A stretch of 64,000 nucleotides of DNA from Magallana gigas (GCF_963853765.1 NC_088856.1:14446001-14510000); one strand, 5' to 3'. Positions 53,201 to 63,561 are shown, numbered from the stretch's first letter. Notes: generated by a model not told the origin, from the sequence alone. Program-made: numbers and translations.

Positions 53201-56200
53201 GAACTTTTTTGGTTTTTCATCCTAGAAACCTTTTTGTACTTGACGATGTACTTTACAATACATCAAGGAAAGGACATTACAATCACTAGGACATTTAAGC
53301 TTAGACTAATAATTTAAGAGAGATGAATAATGGATCAGCCTTGGGTTGTCTTTCTTCACCACATAAAATTTTACCCATCAAAACTAATTCTAAACAAATT
53401 CTTATCCTATATGTACCGGTATTAGTGAAAGAAGGCACATATGGTGTAACAATTTTAATAATCATGGAATAAGTTCTTATCAATCATCAATCATTTATCT
53501 CTGTAAAAGTTTGCAAAATCTATGGATATAACAATGAAAAAGATGTTGGTGTGCTTCATTTAAACTCATGTTCCCTTCAGTCATGATCACAGCTCAAGTA
53601 CCAAGTGCATGGAAAACATTGTCTAAATCCTTCTGGGGTGGGGGGAGGGGGGTTCCTTGCCAATGTTGTAGATCATGCAATCTCTAAAGATTACATTATT
53701 AATACTGTAGAAAAAACTTTCTGGTAATGGTTTGGAAACATTTGTTTTTTAAATTTTCATTATACAAGTACCAAGAAATATGAAAAATGTCTCACTCTTA
53801 AAATGACCTCTACAGTTACCATATAGTAACAACAGAAAATAACATCACAAAGAAAGGATTCTTGCCATTGATTGCTACGATTGGGAAGATTGGTGATGAT
53901 GCTTTTTCATTTTATAATGTTGTTTTAATGTGTGCTTTGTTATTTTTCAGGTAATCTGTGGTGCATATTATTTTTCAGTATATATTTTCTAGTCATTTTA
54001 GGTGCAATTTTGATTGTATTTGGTTTTAACTGTGATACTATGATGATCTTTTGTTATTTTTAATTAGCTTATTTATATTTGGATATATTTATTTTATCAG
54101 CAATATTTATATCATTACGATAGTTTTATATATATACATATATTCTGCCAGACACTTTGAGTCTGTAATTTACTATCTTTATATTATGCCAAATGAAGAT
54201 GTTGTACTTTTGTCATATTAAAGCTATTTTTGATACCACTTGTCATGTTTCTAAACCACTATGAGAAGGCAAATTAGAGAGAGTTCCATTCCTTGCTTTG
54301 GCAATGATACTCAACCACTTTATACCGTATCCACCACCCCTACCACCAACCACTTACCACCACCTAACCGATGCACTATGCCACCGAAACCATTGCACCA
54401 CCATTCCCAAGTGTATATGAATTACTGATTCAGCCAAAGTAGTTGAATTTTATGTCATTAAGAAGTAATTTTCTCCACAAACTCATCTCACTTTTCCCTT
54501 AAGAATATTTTTATCAGGTATTTTGGCATTGTAGTACAGATGATGCACCAAATGATGGTAATTTATGATTTTGGCAGAATTCATCATTAAAATATCTCCA
54601 TGACAATCATACTGTACTATGTACTTTTATTACAAAATGATATAAACTTAAAAGGCAAAAAACTTCCCATTTTCTTTGCAAATCTTTCATTGTCTGGGAA
54701 TGTTGTATTCCGTATGAAATAGCTATTTTAATGACAGTGTGATAGATTGGAGTAAGGCATTAAGGTTTTATTAAATAATGAGAAGGTGCAAAATTACATA
54801 GTTTTTGTATATATTTTTATCACATTATTATCTCCAATCTGCCATTGTTTCCTGTGGAAGACTAAAAATAGTTACTTAAAAAAGTACATCGGAGGAATTA
54901 TAAATGTTAAGAGTAACGCACAATGTCATGGAGCCCCATAGAGTTTATCTTCCTTCACTCCTAGAGAGCTTCCTTGTCAGTTTTTCAAATCTACAGTAGA
55001 ACCCACATATTCTGAGCCTTGGATGCTTCATTATTCAAAACAAATAAATTTTGGAGAAATACCCTGCTCGCAGCCCCATCAGTCTTGTAGACACCTGACT
55101 AATTCTCTTAAAGTCTGCCTCATGTTCAGCAGGTAGCTCCACCCATAAATGTCAATTCTGGCCCTTCTCTACATACTTCAGTTTTGAAAACTGGCATGTG
55201 TTAGAAACGAGTGGATATTGTTGGAGTATGGCATGGAACTCTCTGCAAAATTTAAAAATTACAGTCCAACCTGGAATTACCGAATCCTTTTGGCAAAGAT
55301 TCTTTCAAATTATCTATTACTTAAGAAAAATGATGATTGAAAGCCTTGAAATTTAGAAATGTGTGAGATTCCACGGTTTGGAATGTGTTTCATTCCAGCA
55401 GAGCTCGGGATGAACACCATTGTTTTAGTTTTGAAAAGCTGTTGTGCAGGTCTCAATAAGTGCAAAGTAATTCATGCCAGATAGACTAAGCATAAAAAAA
55501 CAATTGAAACAATTTTTCAACCAAAGAGGCAAATAACAGAGAAACTAACAGTTCTATAGGACCATTGTGTCTCTCTTATTGCTTCTTGCTTTTGAATGTT
55601 TGAGATTAATGATTTGCCTTCTCATCAAGTGGTTTTGTCTAGAACTGCAAGCATTTGAACACAGAGACGAAAAACCCTGTAATGTTAGTTTAATTGACTC
55701 TTTGGTTCTTCTTCTTCTGTTTGTACATTTATTTTCATTTGTTGAATCTAGGAGAAAAAAAGGTTATTGTATAAGTGTGCTAGATCAGTGGATTCAAACC
55801 TTGGGATAATCCTTGTTTGTTTTTCAGGGAAAGCCACCTGTAATTTTACTCTTTAGAGATTCAAAAAGCTCTGTCTAGATTATTCCACAGAGAACTATTG
55901 TGATTGTTTTTATTTTGCAGCTTGTTCTATCATGTTTTAGCAATACCTCAAGAAACCAAAAAGGTTCTTCCAAACATATGCCTAATTCTGTATGCTTTTT
56001 GCAAAAAAAAATCTTTTAAGATTAATTACCCTTGAAATGGCTTGTAAACATTAATTATGAAGATGTTAAATCAAATTAATCAAACTCCATGCTGATAAGA
56101 ATACAAGTGGTGCAGTAAATGGACAGGAAAAATAAGGTCTTGTCCCTCTTCTGCAGGGAGATTGATAGAAACTCATCCATATCAAAAGATTGATGCAGGG

Positions 56201-59200
56201 AATCATTCAAAGGGGGGCCATTATTCATGAGTATCCTCTCCCCCTTTGAGGATCTAAACTGGGCTGGGTAAAGTCATAAGGTTAATGAGAGTAATGGCCA
56301 GACAACCTCTATTCTTATCCTTGGCCTTGCAGGTTGCTTGTAAGGTCAAGATCCTTTTGCAGTTGACTGTTCTTTTTGTTACTTAAGTACCAAGGACAAT
56401 ATTGCAATTCATAGAGAATCTTCAGTTTGTGTTGGAGATAATATATGGTAGCGGTAGCTTCTGTATAGCCCTTTAATACTCATTCCTGTGTTATAGATAA
56501 GGTACATGTATATAGTCTTGTACCTTGACTTAGAATATACCCCACCCCTTGTCAGACTGGACTCATAGTAAATCTTTGTATTTACACTGTCAATTCAGAG
56601 CACAAGAATAATATACTAAAATCAAAACAAATGAATATATGAATATTCTGGATATGATGTTAAGTTGAAATTGTTCTCTTTTTCATCTCATTTACAACCC
56701 ACCCTTAGGTTTTGCATTATGGTTCTTTGTATCAAATTGAGAGTGATCTTCAAACATAACTTACAGTATCTTTTTGCTTGCAGTGCTCAGTGACCTGTGG
56801 AAGAGGACATCAGCAGCGGTCGGTCAGGTGTGAAGATGATTCTGGAACGGAACAAGACCCCTCGGAGTGCCCGAGCGGTAAACCTAGAAACATCAAGCAG
56901 TGTCACATGGGTAGGTGTCCGAAGTGGCACAGACAGAAGTGGTCCAGGGTAAGTCTCTTATTGAGCTACAGTAAAACCTGGTTATGGTGAACATGGTTGT
57001 AATGAATTCATACTTACAGTGAAGTCAGATCTAGTTACCCTAAACTTAAAACATATCACAGATTTATTAGATAGAATGATTAGAAATGTGTTTTTAATGA
57101 ATCAAAATTGTTTATGCCTGGCACTGCATTATCTGTTTGTTTTATAGTACTGTAATGCATCTTTATATAATTCATTCAGCCATAGTTGTTATATTCAGTG
57201 TATGATTACTGCACACTATTTTATAAAGTTATAATTAATTTGTTATTTATTTCAGTGCTCCGTTACATGTGGTAAAGGAGTAAAAACAAGAAATCTGATT
57301 TGCAAGACTCGATATTTCCAAGTTGTGGATGCCTCATATTGTAGTGCAAAAAAGAAACCCAAAACTCAGAAGGAGTGTAGCCGTCGACCATGTTCCAACT
57401 TTGCCTGGAAGAGGACTTCCTGGACTCAGGTAAGATTTGTCAAATCAGGCAGCAGCCTTGTCCAGTGTGGGATTTCCTAACTGGAAATATACAGTTTTGT
57501 CAATGGCTGGCTCAGTTCAATAGGAAGCAGTTCTAGTAGAGGATACAGTCAGTTGGTGACAATAGTTGCTTACAACAGAAATGAAGTATACAGAATTCAG
57601 TTGATTTTAGACTCAGTTCTTATGAAACGAAGTATTGACAGACCCATATCTAAGATATAGGAAGAAATGATTAATCAGAAAGTTAAAAACTGGATAAATG
57701 GGTTGGAATGAGTCTGTTGGTAGACCTATTGTGGTCACTGTGGCATCAGTCATAGAAACTCCTCTCTCTCTCTGTGGCTGCTGCTCTATTGGTGATGGCT
57801 CAGTTTTAACAGTTTAGGATCGACTCCTGTGATAGCTGGTTCCTCACAGTCAGACATGTCACACCATCCACACTGTACCCACTGCTCCCCCCATTTACTC
57901 CACCATGATCAACATGTCAAGTGGTTTGTTTGGTTTACCAAACATCTAGTTCCTACATCCATAATTTCTCACAATTCTTTAATCTTCAGAATTATGGTTA
58001 AATTATTGCTCTCAAAAGAGGATGAGCATATATCATTAAAAAGATATTTGCCAGGTCTCACTGCTGGGAAGCTCTAGATGTAAGAGTGTGTGGGGTGGGG
58101 GCTGACTGTTCTAGTATCAGTCTTTTAGTACACTAGCCCTTGTACCGGTACAGTGTATGACAGACGTCAGAACAGCAGACTGTGAGCTGGTGTTTGATAA
58201 AAACATGTTTGTATTCCAACTGTGTCAGGAATGCTTTTTGTGTAGTTATTTGCACTCTTTTTACATATCTAGTACAAAGATAATGAATCAATTAAAGATA
58301 GGCTGTTATTTCATGAAATTTTACTCAGAACCCTTTAGTGCTAGTAAATGACTTCACTGTTTTCCAAACAACCTCTGCAACAAAAAGCGTTCCTTGTAAC
58401 ACACTGTAACATCTATCCATTTCATGGGAGCATAAAGTTAAATGAGGTACTTAAATTTCTGATCCCTCTTGAATTTTACCAATAAACTGTCCTAGCTTTA
58501 AGTTCGCTGGAAATCATTTTTGTCTGTCTAAGTTTTTCATTCCTAAATGATTGTTACAGATATTGGAACATGTAAAATTAAGAAGGGCATTGCTCTCTGA
58601 TTATACAGGAAAATCAAGGCCAAACTTTAATTGGATGTCTGTATGATTATTACAAAGGAATATAAAATATGTGAGAAAATAACTAAATAACAACAACATC
58701 AGATTTTCTTTGATATGCCAACCAAAAAATTGAATAATACTAAGAAGGTGTAATTTAGAAGAACATAAAAATGGATGAAAAAAATGAGAGGAATTTAATT
58801 TGTATTTCTGGGATTGCGTCACGATTTGTAGATTGAATTAGTGTTTGGTTGTGATGGAGGAGGGTCTGTCTGGGAATCTAGGTCACACGGAAGCTTGCTG
58901 CTCGCGACCGTCTAAGTATGCACTATTGCATGTTCTGAAGGTTTGGAGGAGGAATTTAACACCCAAACATGGAGAAACTATCAGAGAGGGCATGCCAGTA
59001 TTGCAGCATTAAATGAAGGCTCCAATAAAGAGATGCTGATTTGAAAGAGAAAGTGGAAGATAAAGAAATTTGATTAAATGATCTGTACTTGTTTCCTTCT
59101 AATTAAATTTGTTATGAAGTGTCAGTTTGGAAATTCTTGTGTTGGATGAACTGTTCATCATATATGTGTACTATTATTCACATCGCCTGCACTTAAAGTT

Positions 59201-62200
59201 AAGGTTTTTAGAATGTATATGATTCAGAAGTTCAAACTTTTTCACAAGTTTTTGCAAATGGCTGTTTAGTTTTTTTTTAAGGTAAAATAAGATCCTGCCA
59301 AGTATTTCGTGTTTTATATTATTTGTTTTATTAATATTAAAATCATAATTCTGTAGTTCAATGACTTTTCTTTATTATCTTACTTAAAATGAAATTTAAT
59401 TTGATAAAAACTTTACATACTGGTAAAAAAAATTCTATAATGACAATTTTTACTTTACTATGCAAGACTATTTTTTTTTAAATGGAACATTGAAATCGAA
59501 TTTTTTTTTTTGTCTTTTATTTTTAACATTATGTTGATGTAACAATTTGTAATTGTCCTTGTTGCAGTGCTCCCAGACCTGTGGCTTTGGTACAAAGAAC
59601 CGTGAGGTGTACTGTGTGGACCGCCGGGGACAGCGGGTGGACGCCACGTTCTGTGGTCAGCTGCACAAACCCAAGTCTCGGCGCCGCTGTAATGAGTTCC
59701 CCTGTCCCTACATCTGGAACACTTCTCCCTGGTCAGAGGTATGGGCAACCAATCCTTGGTTTTAGACTGGGATTTTATTTATGGTAGAAAAATAAAACAT
59801 ATCAAGGAGAATTTATTTTAATGTATATTTTAAAAATTGAGACTTTGTGTCACTCCTTTTGCCTATAGAGAATAGTGGTTGTTGCTCTTTCTTGATCAAT
59901 GTGTAAAGCTGCTTAAAAATTCTATTAAGTTAAAGAATGCTGGTTAAAAAAACATTAAAGCAGCAGTAATAAACTGTTTCCATAAAAAAATGGTGCAAAA
60001 GAGTTTTTTTTACTGTGTTAAGGAAGATAACTATGGTTTAACTTGAGGCTTTATACATCTACAGTGCAATGCTACCTGTGGGAATGGTTTGCAAACCAGA
60101 ACGACTGTCTGTCAAGCTGTCACGAAGGAGGGGTGGGTCCTGCCTGGATCTGTGCCCTACGGCTGCCGCCCTGAGGAGAAACCGCCCACTGTACAGCGTT
60201 GTAACTATGGAGACTGTGGCTCCGCCCATCATTGGGCTATGGGGTCATGGGGGAAAGTAAGAACCTGCATTAGATTCTTTTAACAAATAAATAGAATTAA
60301 TCACTAGAAGCACAATTTTCTCTTAAGTTGATATATTCCTTTATGCATGGTTAGGTAAATAATTAATAGTTCATTCAAAACTAATGTCAACTAACTGATT
60401 TATATACTTGTGAATATATTATATACTAATTTATGATAAACTTGATGGGAATTCTACCTTTCAAGTGTCCTCCCTGTTTGATGTGTGTGTGTTTTGAGGT
60501 AATGGATGAACTATGTTTATGTTTTAGCACTAAATCTCTTGCACTGTTTCCCACTTGGTGGGTGCAGTTAGCAAGGTCCAGGGGAGTAAGTAGTTTTCAC
60601 CGCTTCAACAAGCACTGCAAAGCCCATCTATTGCTTTATGAATAAGCCTGCTTCCAATGTCTTCAAGGAGTTGAAAAACTTGTTGTTGGAATGACTAAAA
60701 CTTATTTTGACCATCCATTTTTTTACCTAAAGGAAGTTTGTTATTATTGTACCATATCGATAAAGTTTTTGTTTTAAAATAATGTTTTTGAATATAGGCA
60801 ATTTTCACTTAAGTTGATAAAGAACGATATTCATTTTGATGAGATGCTCATGAGACATTAGGAGACAGGCTTACAATACAAGGGACACATGATGAAACAA
60901 TACAATGTCCAATGCGTAAAAGCCCTTTGCACAGTAGCTTTTTATGCTGTATTAAATCAGCAATATTTGAGAAGGAGTGGCTAGATTTTAAATCATTTAC
61001 TATAAGGAGCTTTTTATCAAGTGGATGCCAAGACCACATTTTCAGAAAATGTTTTAGCAGCCATATTTTGCATCTTTTACATATGATATTTGTAGAAGTA
61101 AATGAACAGATTAAAAGGTTGAGTTTAGTTATAACTAGTTTTTAGGATTTATTATAACAAAGATAAAAATCCTTTGGTATTTGGTGTAGCAATTAAAAAA
61201 AATTAGATCAATAGATATGTTTATAAATGATAAATTGCATTGTAAAAATGGTGTGGTTTACTTACAAAAGGATAAAAAAGGATAGAGATTTGCAATAGGT
61301 CATATATAAATCATTTATTATCAGATGATTAATAGTTAGTCTATCATTAAAAGCGTAATTTTTAAAAGGGAGATTGATAATGCAACCTAACCCTGATTTT
61401 TACAATAATTCTTACCATTCAGTGTTCCGCACGATGTGGTTGGGGTATTGAGAGGCGTCTCGTTCTCTGTGTCGACGTCCTTGGAAGGCGACAATCTCGG
61501 AAACGGTGCAACCCTGAGTTACGACCGGAGGCTCAACAGGACTGTTACACTGGACCATGTAAGAAAGATTTCTGTTCCCAAAATATTGTAGTTTAGGGTA
61601 AAAATATCAATATTTTTTTTAAAGCTATAAATGCATAGATTTTTGGAAGGAACCATGCTAAATTATTTGTACTTGAAGGAACCATGCTAAATTATTTGTA
61701 CTTAGAATATCATATATGATATTTCTTATACACTGCTAGAATATCATATATGATATCTCTTATACACTGCTAGTTTTATAATCTGGCCAGCAAGATTCAT
61801 ATCAAAGGTGAAATCTGATTATCAGGTACTGTATCAATTAATGTAAAATCCATTAAATTTTCCAGGCTATGCAAGATCTTGTGCAGAACTCAAGGAAAAG
61901 ACCAAGATTCGTCATGATGACACCTACAGTTTACTGGTCAATCGAAGAATACTCCAGGTAAGTCTGGGTTTTACTGACCCAGTTGAATATAAGAGAAAAA
62001 GTACAATAAAATAAATACTCATTGGAATAGTCTATATATAATAGAATTTTCACTTTTTGACAGATATATTGCAAGAATATGAGGAAAGAGCCATTAGAAT
62101 ATGTCTCCTTAACAGCTGACAACTTTGCTGAAGTCTATGGTTTGAAGTAAGTAAATAAATATATCTCCTATTCATGCAAGTGCATTATGATATAATCATT

Positions 62201-63356
62201 TTACTTTAAGGTTCAGTGTTTTCAGGAATTAATTGAAGATTGTCCATAGTATGTTTTTAATGTGTTACTTTTACTTTGTTTTTTTAGGTTACAAAGACCA
62301 AATAATTGTCCGAATAACGGCACAAGGCCAAAGAATTGCAAGGAATGTAGAAGCAACCTCTATAAGGAGGCAGGCAACACCACATACACCAAAATACGCA
62401 TTGACCTTACCTCACTCAAAGTCATCAGTAAGTATACTAGTTGTACTCCAGACTACTTGAAGAAACCAAAAAGACTATAACTGAATTGGTGCCATGGTCT
62501 GATAAAAGCAAATTATGTTTATAGTTTATTTTTTTTTTTATTTCAACAAAATCAAAATTTATTCTGTTGTTAAAGAGGGCAGTAATTATAAAACATGCAT
62601 TCCATGTATCTATTTTAGCCAATGACTCCACATTTACCACTGGCAGCTATGGAAAGACCATTCCGTTCGCCACGGCTGGTGATTGTTACAGTTCCCAGGG
62701 GAATTGCCCTCAGGTATGTTACCCATTCCATCCCTGCAGATTCAGTGGACATATCTTATAGGGAGACCCTTTTTTTTTTTTTTTTTTTGCTTTTTTAAGA
62801 AATGAATTTAGATTCTTTATAATACTTCAATTCTTTATCCTCATGAAATGATGTGGTGTAGCTCCACATTTATAAATGCCTAATATAATATTTTTATCTA
62901 TTATGGCAATATGCTAAAACAACTATGATACAGTGGTTACAGAGTTGTTATGTGTTGTGTTGTAGGGACGATTCAGCATCAACTTGGCAGGGACAGGATT
63001 TATAGTGTCCCAGAACACCAGCTGGTCCCTCAGGGGTCCCAGCGCCTCCAAGAATATCCAGATACTCAACGTAAGTAGTTCATTTACCACAATGAAATGA
63101 ATTCAGACTCTGAGATAATTGTCAACTGTAAATTAAGGTTCTTACCCGAAAACAGTTTTCTTTTAATGATTTGATGACCTTATGGCACTTAAAAATTTCC
63201 TTAATTGTACTATTTTTAAATATGATCATAATTATGTGATATTAATGCTATTTCTGGTTACAGGACGGTGAGTTGGTGCGTGGTCAGTGTGGAGGGTACT
63301 GTGGTCAGTGTGTCCCTGACCCCGGCTCTGGACTCCAACTGGACACCCGGCATTGA
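10261..63356 (+). CDS. ADAMTS9: ADAMTS9/20 (GON-1-like) secreted metalloprotease, 36 coding exons, 5'-partial
   Basis: Manual splicing of 36 AG/GT(GC)-bounded exons gives one open frame of 5207 nt ending in TGA. It encodes RQKR, HELGHVFSLPHD, disintegrin, TSR, Cys-rich, spacer, 14 more TSRs and a GON domain. The GON domain plus 15 TSRs is diagnostic of the ADAMTS9/20/GON-1 clade; ADAMTS9 versus ADAMTS20 cannot be resolved for an invertebrate. Confidence 0.95.
11738..11821 (+). CDS. ADAMTS9: Exon: catalytic domain
   Basis: tgtag|[28 protein letters not shown]|gtaagt. Confidence 0.95.
12187..12207 (+). repeat. (GAA)7 microsatellite
   Basis: Seen directly. Confidence 0.9.
17741..17920 (+). repeat. 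Perfect 90-bp tandem duplication
   Basis: 17741-17830 is identical to 17831-17920 (GCTTTGGTAGCACTTG...CCTAGTACCTG). Confidence 0.95.
19383..19507 (+). CDS. ADAMTS9: Exon: catalytic domain
   Basis: aaag|[41 protein letters not shown](R)|gtaaag. Confidence 0.95.
27557..27597 (+). CDS. ADAMTS9: 41-nt exon: catalytic domain
   Basis: tttcag|(R)[13 protein letters not shown](G)|gtgagt; phases 2 and 1 match both neighbours. Confidence 0.93.
30025..30130 (+). CDS. ADAMTS9: Exon: catalytic domain, first part of zinc-binding motif (HELGH)
   Basis: ttgtag|(G)[34 protein letters not shown](V)|gtaagt. Confidence 0.97.
34278..34427 (+). CDS. ADAMTS9: Exon: third zinc His and Met-turn
   Basis: tacag|(V)[49 protein letters not shown](D)|gtaagt. 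Confidence 0.96.
34808..34949 (+). CDS. ADAMTS9: Exon: end of catalytic domain, start of disintegrin-like domain
   Basis: tgcag|(D)[47 protein letters not shown]|gtaata. Confidence 0.92.
35094..35198 (+). CDS. ADAMTS9: Exon: disintegrin-like domain
   Basis: aatag|[35 protein letters not shown]|gttggt. Confidence 0.93.
35232..35268 (+). repeat. (CT)18 microsatellite preceded by a C-rich tract
   Basis: Seen directly, just downstream of the donor at 35199. Confidence 0.95.
37262..37445 (+). repeat. Degenerate ~65-bp tandem repeat (about 3 copies)
   Basis: TGAAGTCA(C/A)AATTTTT..GAAAGTACAA motif recurs at 37300, 37367 and 37430. Confidence 0.6.
37486..37628 (+). CDS. ADAMTS9: Exon: end of disintegrin, central TSR1
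   Basis: tgcag|[47 protein letters not shown](E)|gtaagt. Confidence 0.95.
37612..38246 (+). repeat. 23-bp minisatellite (about 27 units) with 115-bp five-unit higher-order repeat, seeded at an exon/intron junction
   Basis: Consensus AAATGTAACAGCCCAGAGTAAGT. The HOR restarts at 37626, 37741, 37856, 37971 and 38086, then decays to about 38246. Confidence 0.97.
38616..38679 (+). CDS. ADAMTS9: Exon: end of TSR1
   Basis: tgcag|(E)[21 protein letters not shown]|gtgagg. Confidence 0.94.
39487..39601 (+). CDS. ADAMTS9: Exon: Cys-rich domain
   Basis: tgcag|[38 protein letters not shown]|gtacgt. Confidence 0.94.
39935..40071 (+). CDS. ADAMTS9: Exon: Cys-rich domain
   Basis: tgtag|(I)[45 protein letters not shown]|gtaaaa. 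Confidence 0.95.
40231..40360 (+). CDS. ADAMTS9: Exon: end of Cys-rich domain
   Basis: tacag|[43 protein letters not shown](G)|gtgagc. Confidence 0.95.
40486..40584 (+). CDS. ADAMTS9: Exon: spacer domain
   Basis: tatag|(G)[32 protein letters not shown](A)|gtgcat. Confidence 0.93.
40782..40948 (+). CDS. ADAMTS9: Exon: spacer domain
   Basis: tttag|(A)[55 protein letters not shown]|gtgagt. Confidence 0.94.
42174..42294 (+). CDS. ADAMTS9: Exon: end of spacer, start of TSR2
   Basis: tgcag|[40 protein letters not shown](G)|gtcaaa. Confidence 0.92.
42613..42748 (+). CDS. ADAMTS9: Exon: TSR2
   Basis: tatag|(G)[44 protein letters not shown](R)|gtaaag. Confidence 0.92.
43209..43413 (+). CDS. ADAMTS9: Exon: TSR3
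   Basis: tcaag|(R)[26 protein letters not shown]...[17 protein letters not shown]|gtgaga. Confidence 0.93.
43817..43981 (+). CDS. ADAMTS9: Exon: TSR4
   Basis: tgcag|[18 protein letters not shown]...[16 protein letters not shown]|gtacgg. Confidence 0.94.
44304..44468 (+). CDS. ADAMTS9: Exon: TSR5
   Basis: tttag|[20 protein letters not shown]...[16 protein letters not shown]|gtaggt. Confidence 0.94.
44569..44645 (+). mobile_element. Degenerate tRNA-derived SINE head
   Basis: A-box-like GATAGCTCTGTGTGTAGAGCAC at 44569 and B-box-like GATTCAAATCC at 44618-44628 with tRNA-like spacing. There is no intact cloverleaf, so it is not a functional tRNA. Confidence 0.55.
47119..47418 (+). CDS. ADAMTS9: Exon: TSR6 plus Thr-rich linker; ends at a GC donor
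   Basis: ttcag|[16 protein letters not shown]...CYMGPCP...[23 protein letters not shown]...WRISDWSQ|gcaagt. Confidence 0.9.
47302..47370 (+). repeat. ACC/ACT-rich coding repeat (mucin-like Thr linker, 18 Thr in 23 codons)
   Basis: Translates as [23 protein letters not shown]. Confidence 0.9.
47419..47424 (+). other. Non-canonical GC 5' splice donor (CAG|GCAAGT)
   Basis: Needed for the phase-0 join WSQ|CSVTC, matching the neighbouring TSR exons; the rest of the site matches the donor consensus. Confidence 0.85.
48826..48993 (+). CDS. ADAMTS9: Exon: TSR7
   Basis: tgcag|[18 protein letters not shown]...[16 protein letters not shown]|gtaaat. Confidence 0.94.
49896..50135 (+). CDS. ADAMTS9: Exon: TSR8 plus Ser/Asn-rich linker
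   Basis: tacag|[16 protein letters not shown]...[40 protein letters not shown]|gtactg. Confidence 0.93.
50367..50525 (+). CDS. ADAMTS9: Exon: TSR9
   Basis: ctcag|[16 protein letters not shown]...[16 protein letters not shown]|gtcagt. Confidence 0.94.
50825..51004 (+). CDS. ADAMTS9: Exon: TSR10
   Basis: tttag|[17 protein letters not shown]...[19 protein letters not shown]|gtaaga. Confidence 0.94.
51005..51211 (+). CDS. Putative alternative terminal exon extension: 68-aa Arg/Gln/Asn-rich tail
   Basis: In-frame read-through of the donor: [68 protein letters not shown]. It has 20 Arg encoded by five different codons and an internal 18-nt repeat with a synonymous change. Confidence 0.55.
   Translation, partial: VRRNRWYDRYYKMLRDRQYLEQLRIRNQLRNRNQVRNRNQVRNQNQQGFDRRKYWSDFYRQQQRRRRF
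51074..51145 (+). repeat. 18-bp tandem repeat x4 ([24 protein letters not shown])
   Basis: cgaatccgaaaccagctg cgaaatcgaaaccaggtg aggaatcgaaaccaggtg aggaatcaaaaccagcag. Confidence 0.9.
54217..54222 (+). terminator. Candidate intronic polyadenylation signal (ATTAAA)
   Basis: TGTA about 11 nt upstream, GT/T-rich sequence downstream, at the end of a very U-rich block; motif evidence only. Confidence 0.3.
56784..56948 (+). CDS. ADAMTS9: Exon: TSR11
   Basis: tgcag|[16 protein letters not shown]...[16 protein letters not shown]|gtaagt. Confidence 0.94.
57256..57429 (+). CDS. ADAMTS9: Exon: TSR12
   Basis: ttcag|[16 protein letters not shown]...[18 protein letters not shown]|gtaaga. Confidence 0.94.
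59568..59738 (+). CDS. ADAMTS9: Exon: TSR13
   Basis: tgcag|[16 protein letters not shown]...[17 protein letters not shown]|gtatgg. Confidence 0.94.
60065..60256 (+). CDS. ADAMTS9: Exon: TSR14
   Basis: tacag|[16 protein letters not shown]...[19 protein letters not shown]|gtaaga. Confidence 0.94.
61423..61558 (+). CDS. ADAMTS9: Exon: TSR15
   Basis: ttcag|[45 protein letters not shown](C)|gtaaga. Confidence 0.94.
61646..61773 (+). repeat. Two abutting tandem duplications (29 bp x2, then 34 bp x2)
   Basis: GAAGGAACCATGCTAAATTATTTGTACTT at 61646 and 61675; AGAATATCATATATGATAT(T/C)TCTTATACACTGCT at 61704 and 61738. Confidence 0.93.
61866..61957 (+). CDS. ADAMTS9: Exon: start of GON domain
   Basis: tccag|(C)[30 protein letters not shown]|gtaagt. 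Confidence 0.93.
62064..62146 (+). CDS. ADAMTS9: Exon: GON domain
   Basis: gacag|[27 protein letters not shown](K)|gtaagt. Confidence 0.93.
62288..62427 (+). CDS. ADAMTS9: Exon: GON domain
   Basis: tttag|(K)[46 protein letters not shown](T)|gtaagt. Confidence 0.93.
62619..62713 (+). CDS. ADAMTS9: Exon: GON domain
   Basis: tttag|(T)[31 protein letters not shown]|gtatgt; contains the [11 protein letters not shown] signature. Confidence 0.95.
62966..63070 (+). CDS. ADAMTS9: Exon: GON domain
   Basis: tgtag|[35 protein letters not shown]|gtaagt. Confidence 0.94.
63264..63356 (+). CDS. ADAMTS9: Terminal coding exon: end of GON domain and stop
   Basis: tacag|[30 protein letters not shown]; contains the CGGYCG GON signature. 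Confidence 0.95.
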   Translation, partial: DGELVRGQCGGYCGQCVPDPGSGLQLDTRH

Positions 63357-63476
63357 CCAATGTCCTGAATAGGTCAGTTAATGAACCACAGATACCACTA
63401 GTACTAGTCCTAGGTTGAAATCTTATTATGTGAAGTCTCTTTAAGATACATATTGAATGTTTATAAGACACACCAA

Positions 63477-63561
63477 TTAAATTAATACTGTTAAAACACA
63501 AATATTTGTTGGGGTTTCAATGACATTTCTTTCTTTTATAAAATGTATCAGCAATATTAAA
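63477..63561 (+). terminator. Candidate polyadenylation signals for the full-length transcript (ATTAAA at 63477 and 63556)
   Basis: Variant hexamers 120-200 nt after the stop codon; motif evidence only. Confidence 0.25.

Noticed and set aside
54300-54420. CCA/ACC-rich segment as an extra Thr/Pro exon
   Set aside because: No convincing acceptor and donor pair and frames stop quickly; low-complexity sequence.
57500-57540. Second tRNA/SINE A-box (TGGCTCAGTTCAATAG)
   Set aside because: No B-box at an appropriate distance.
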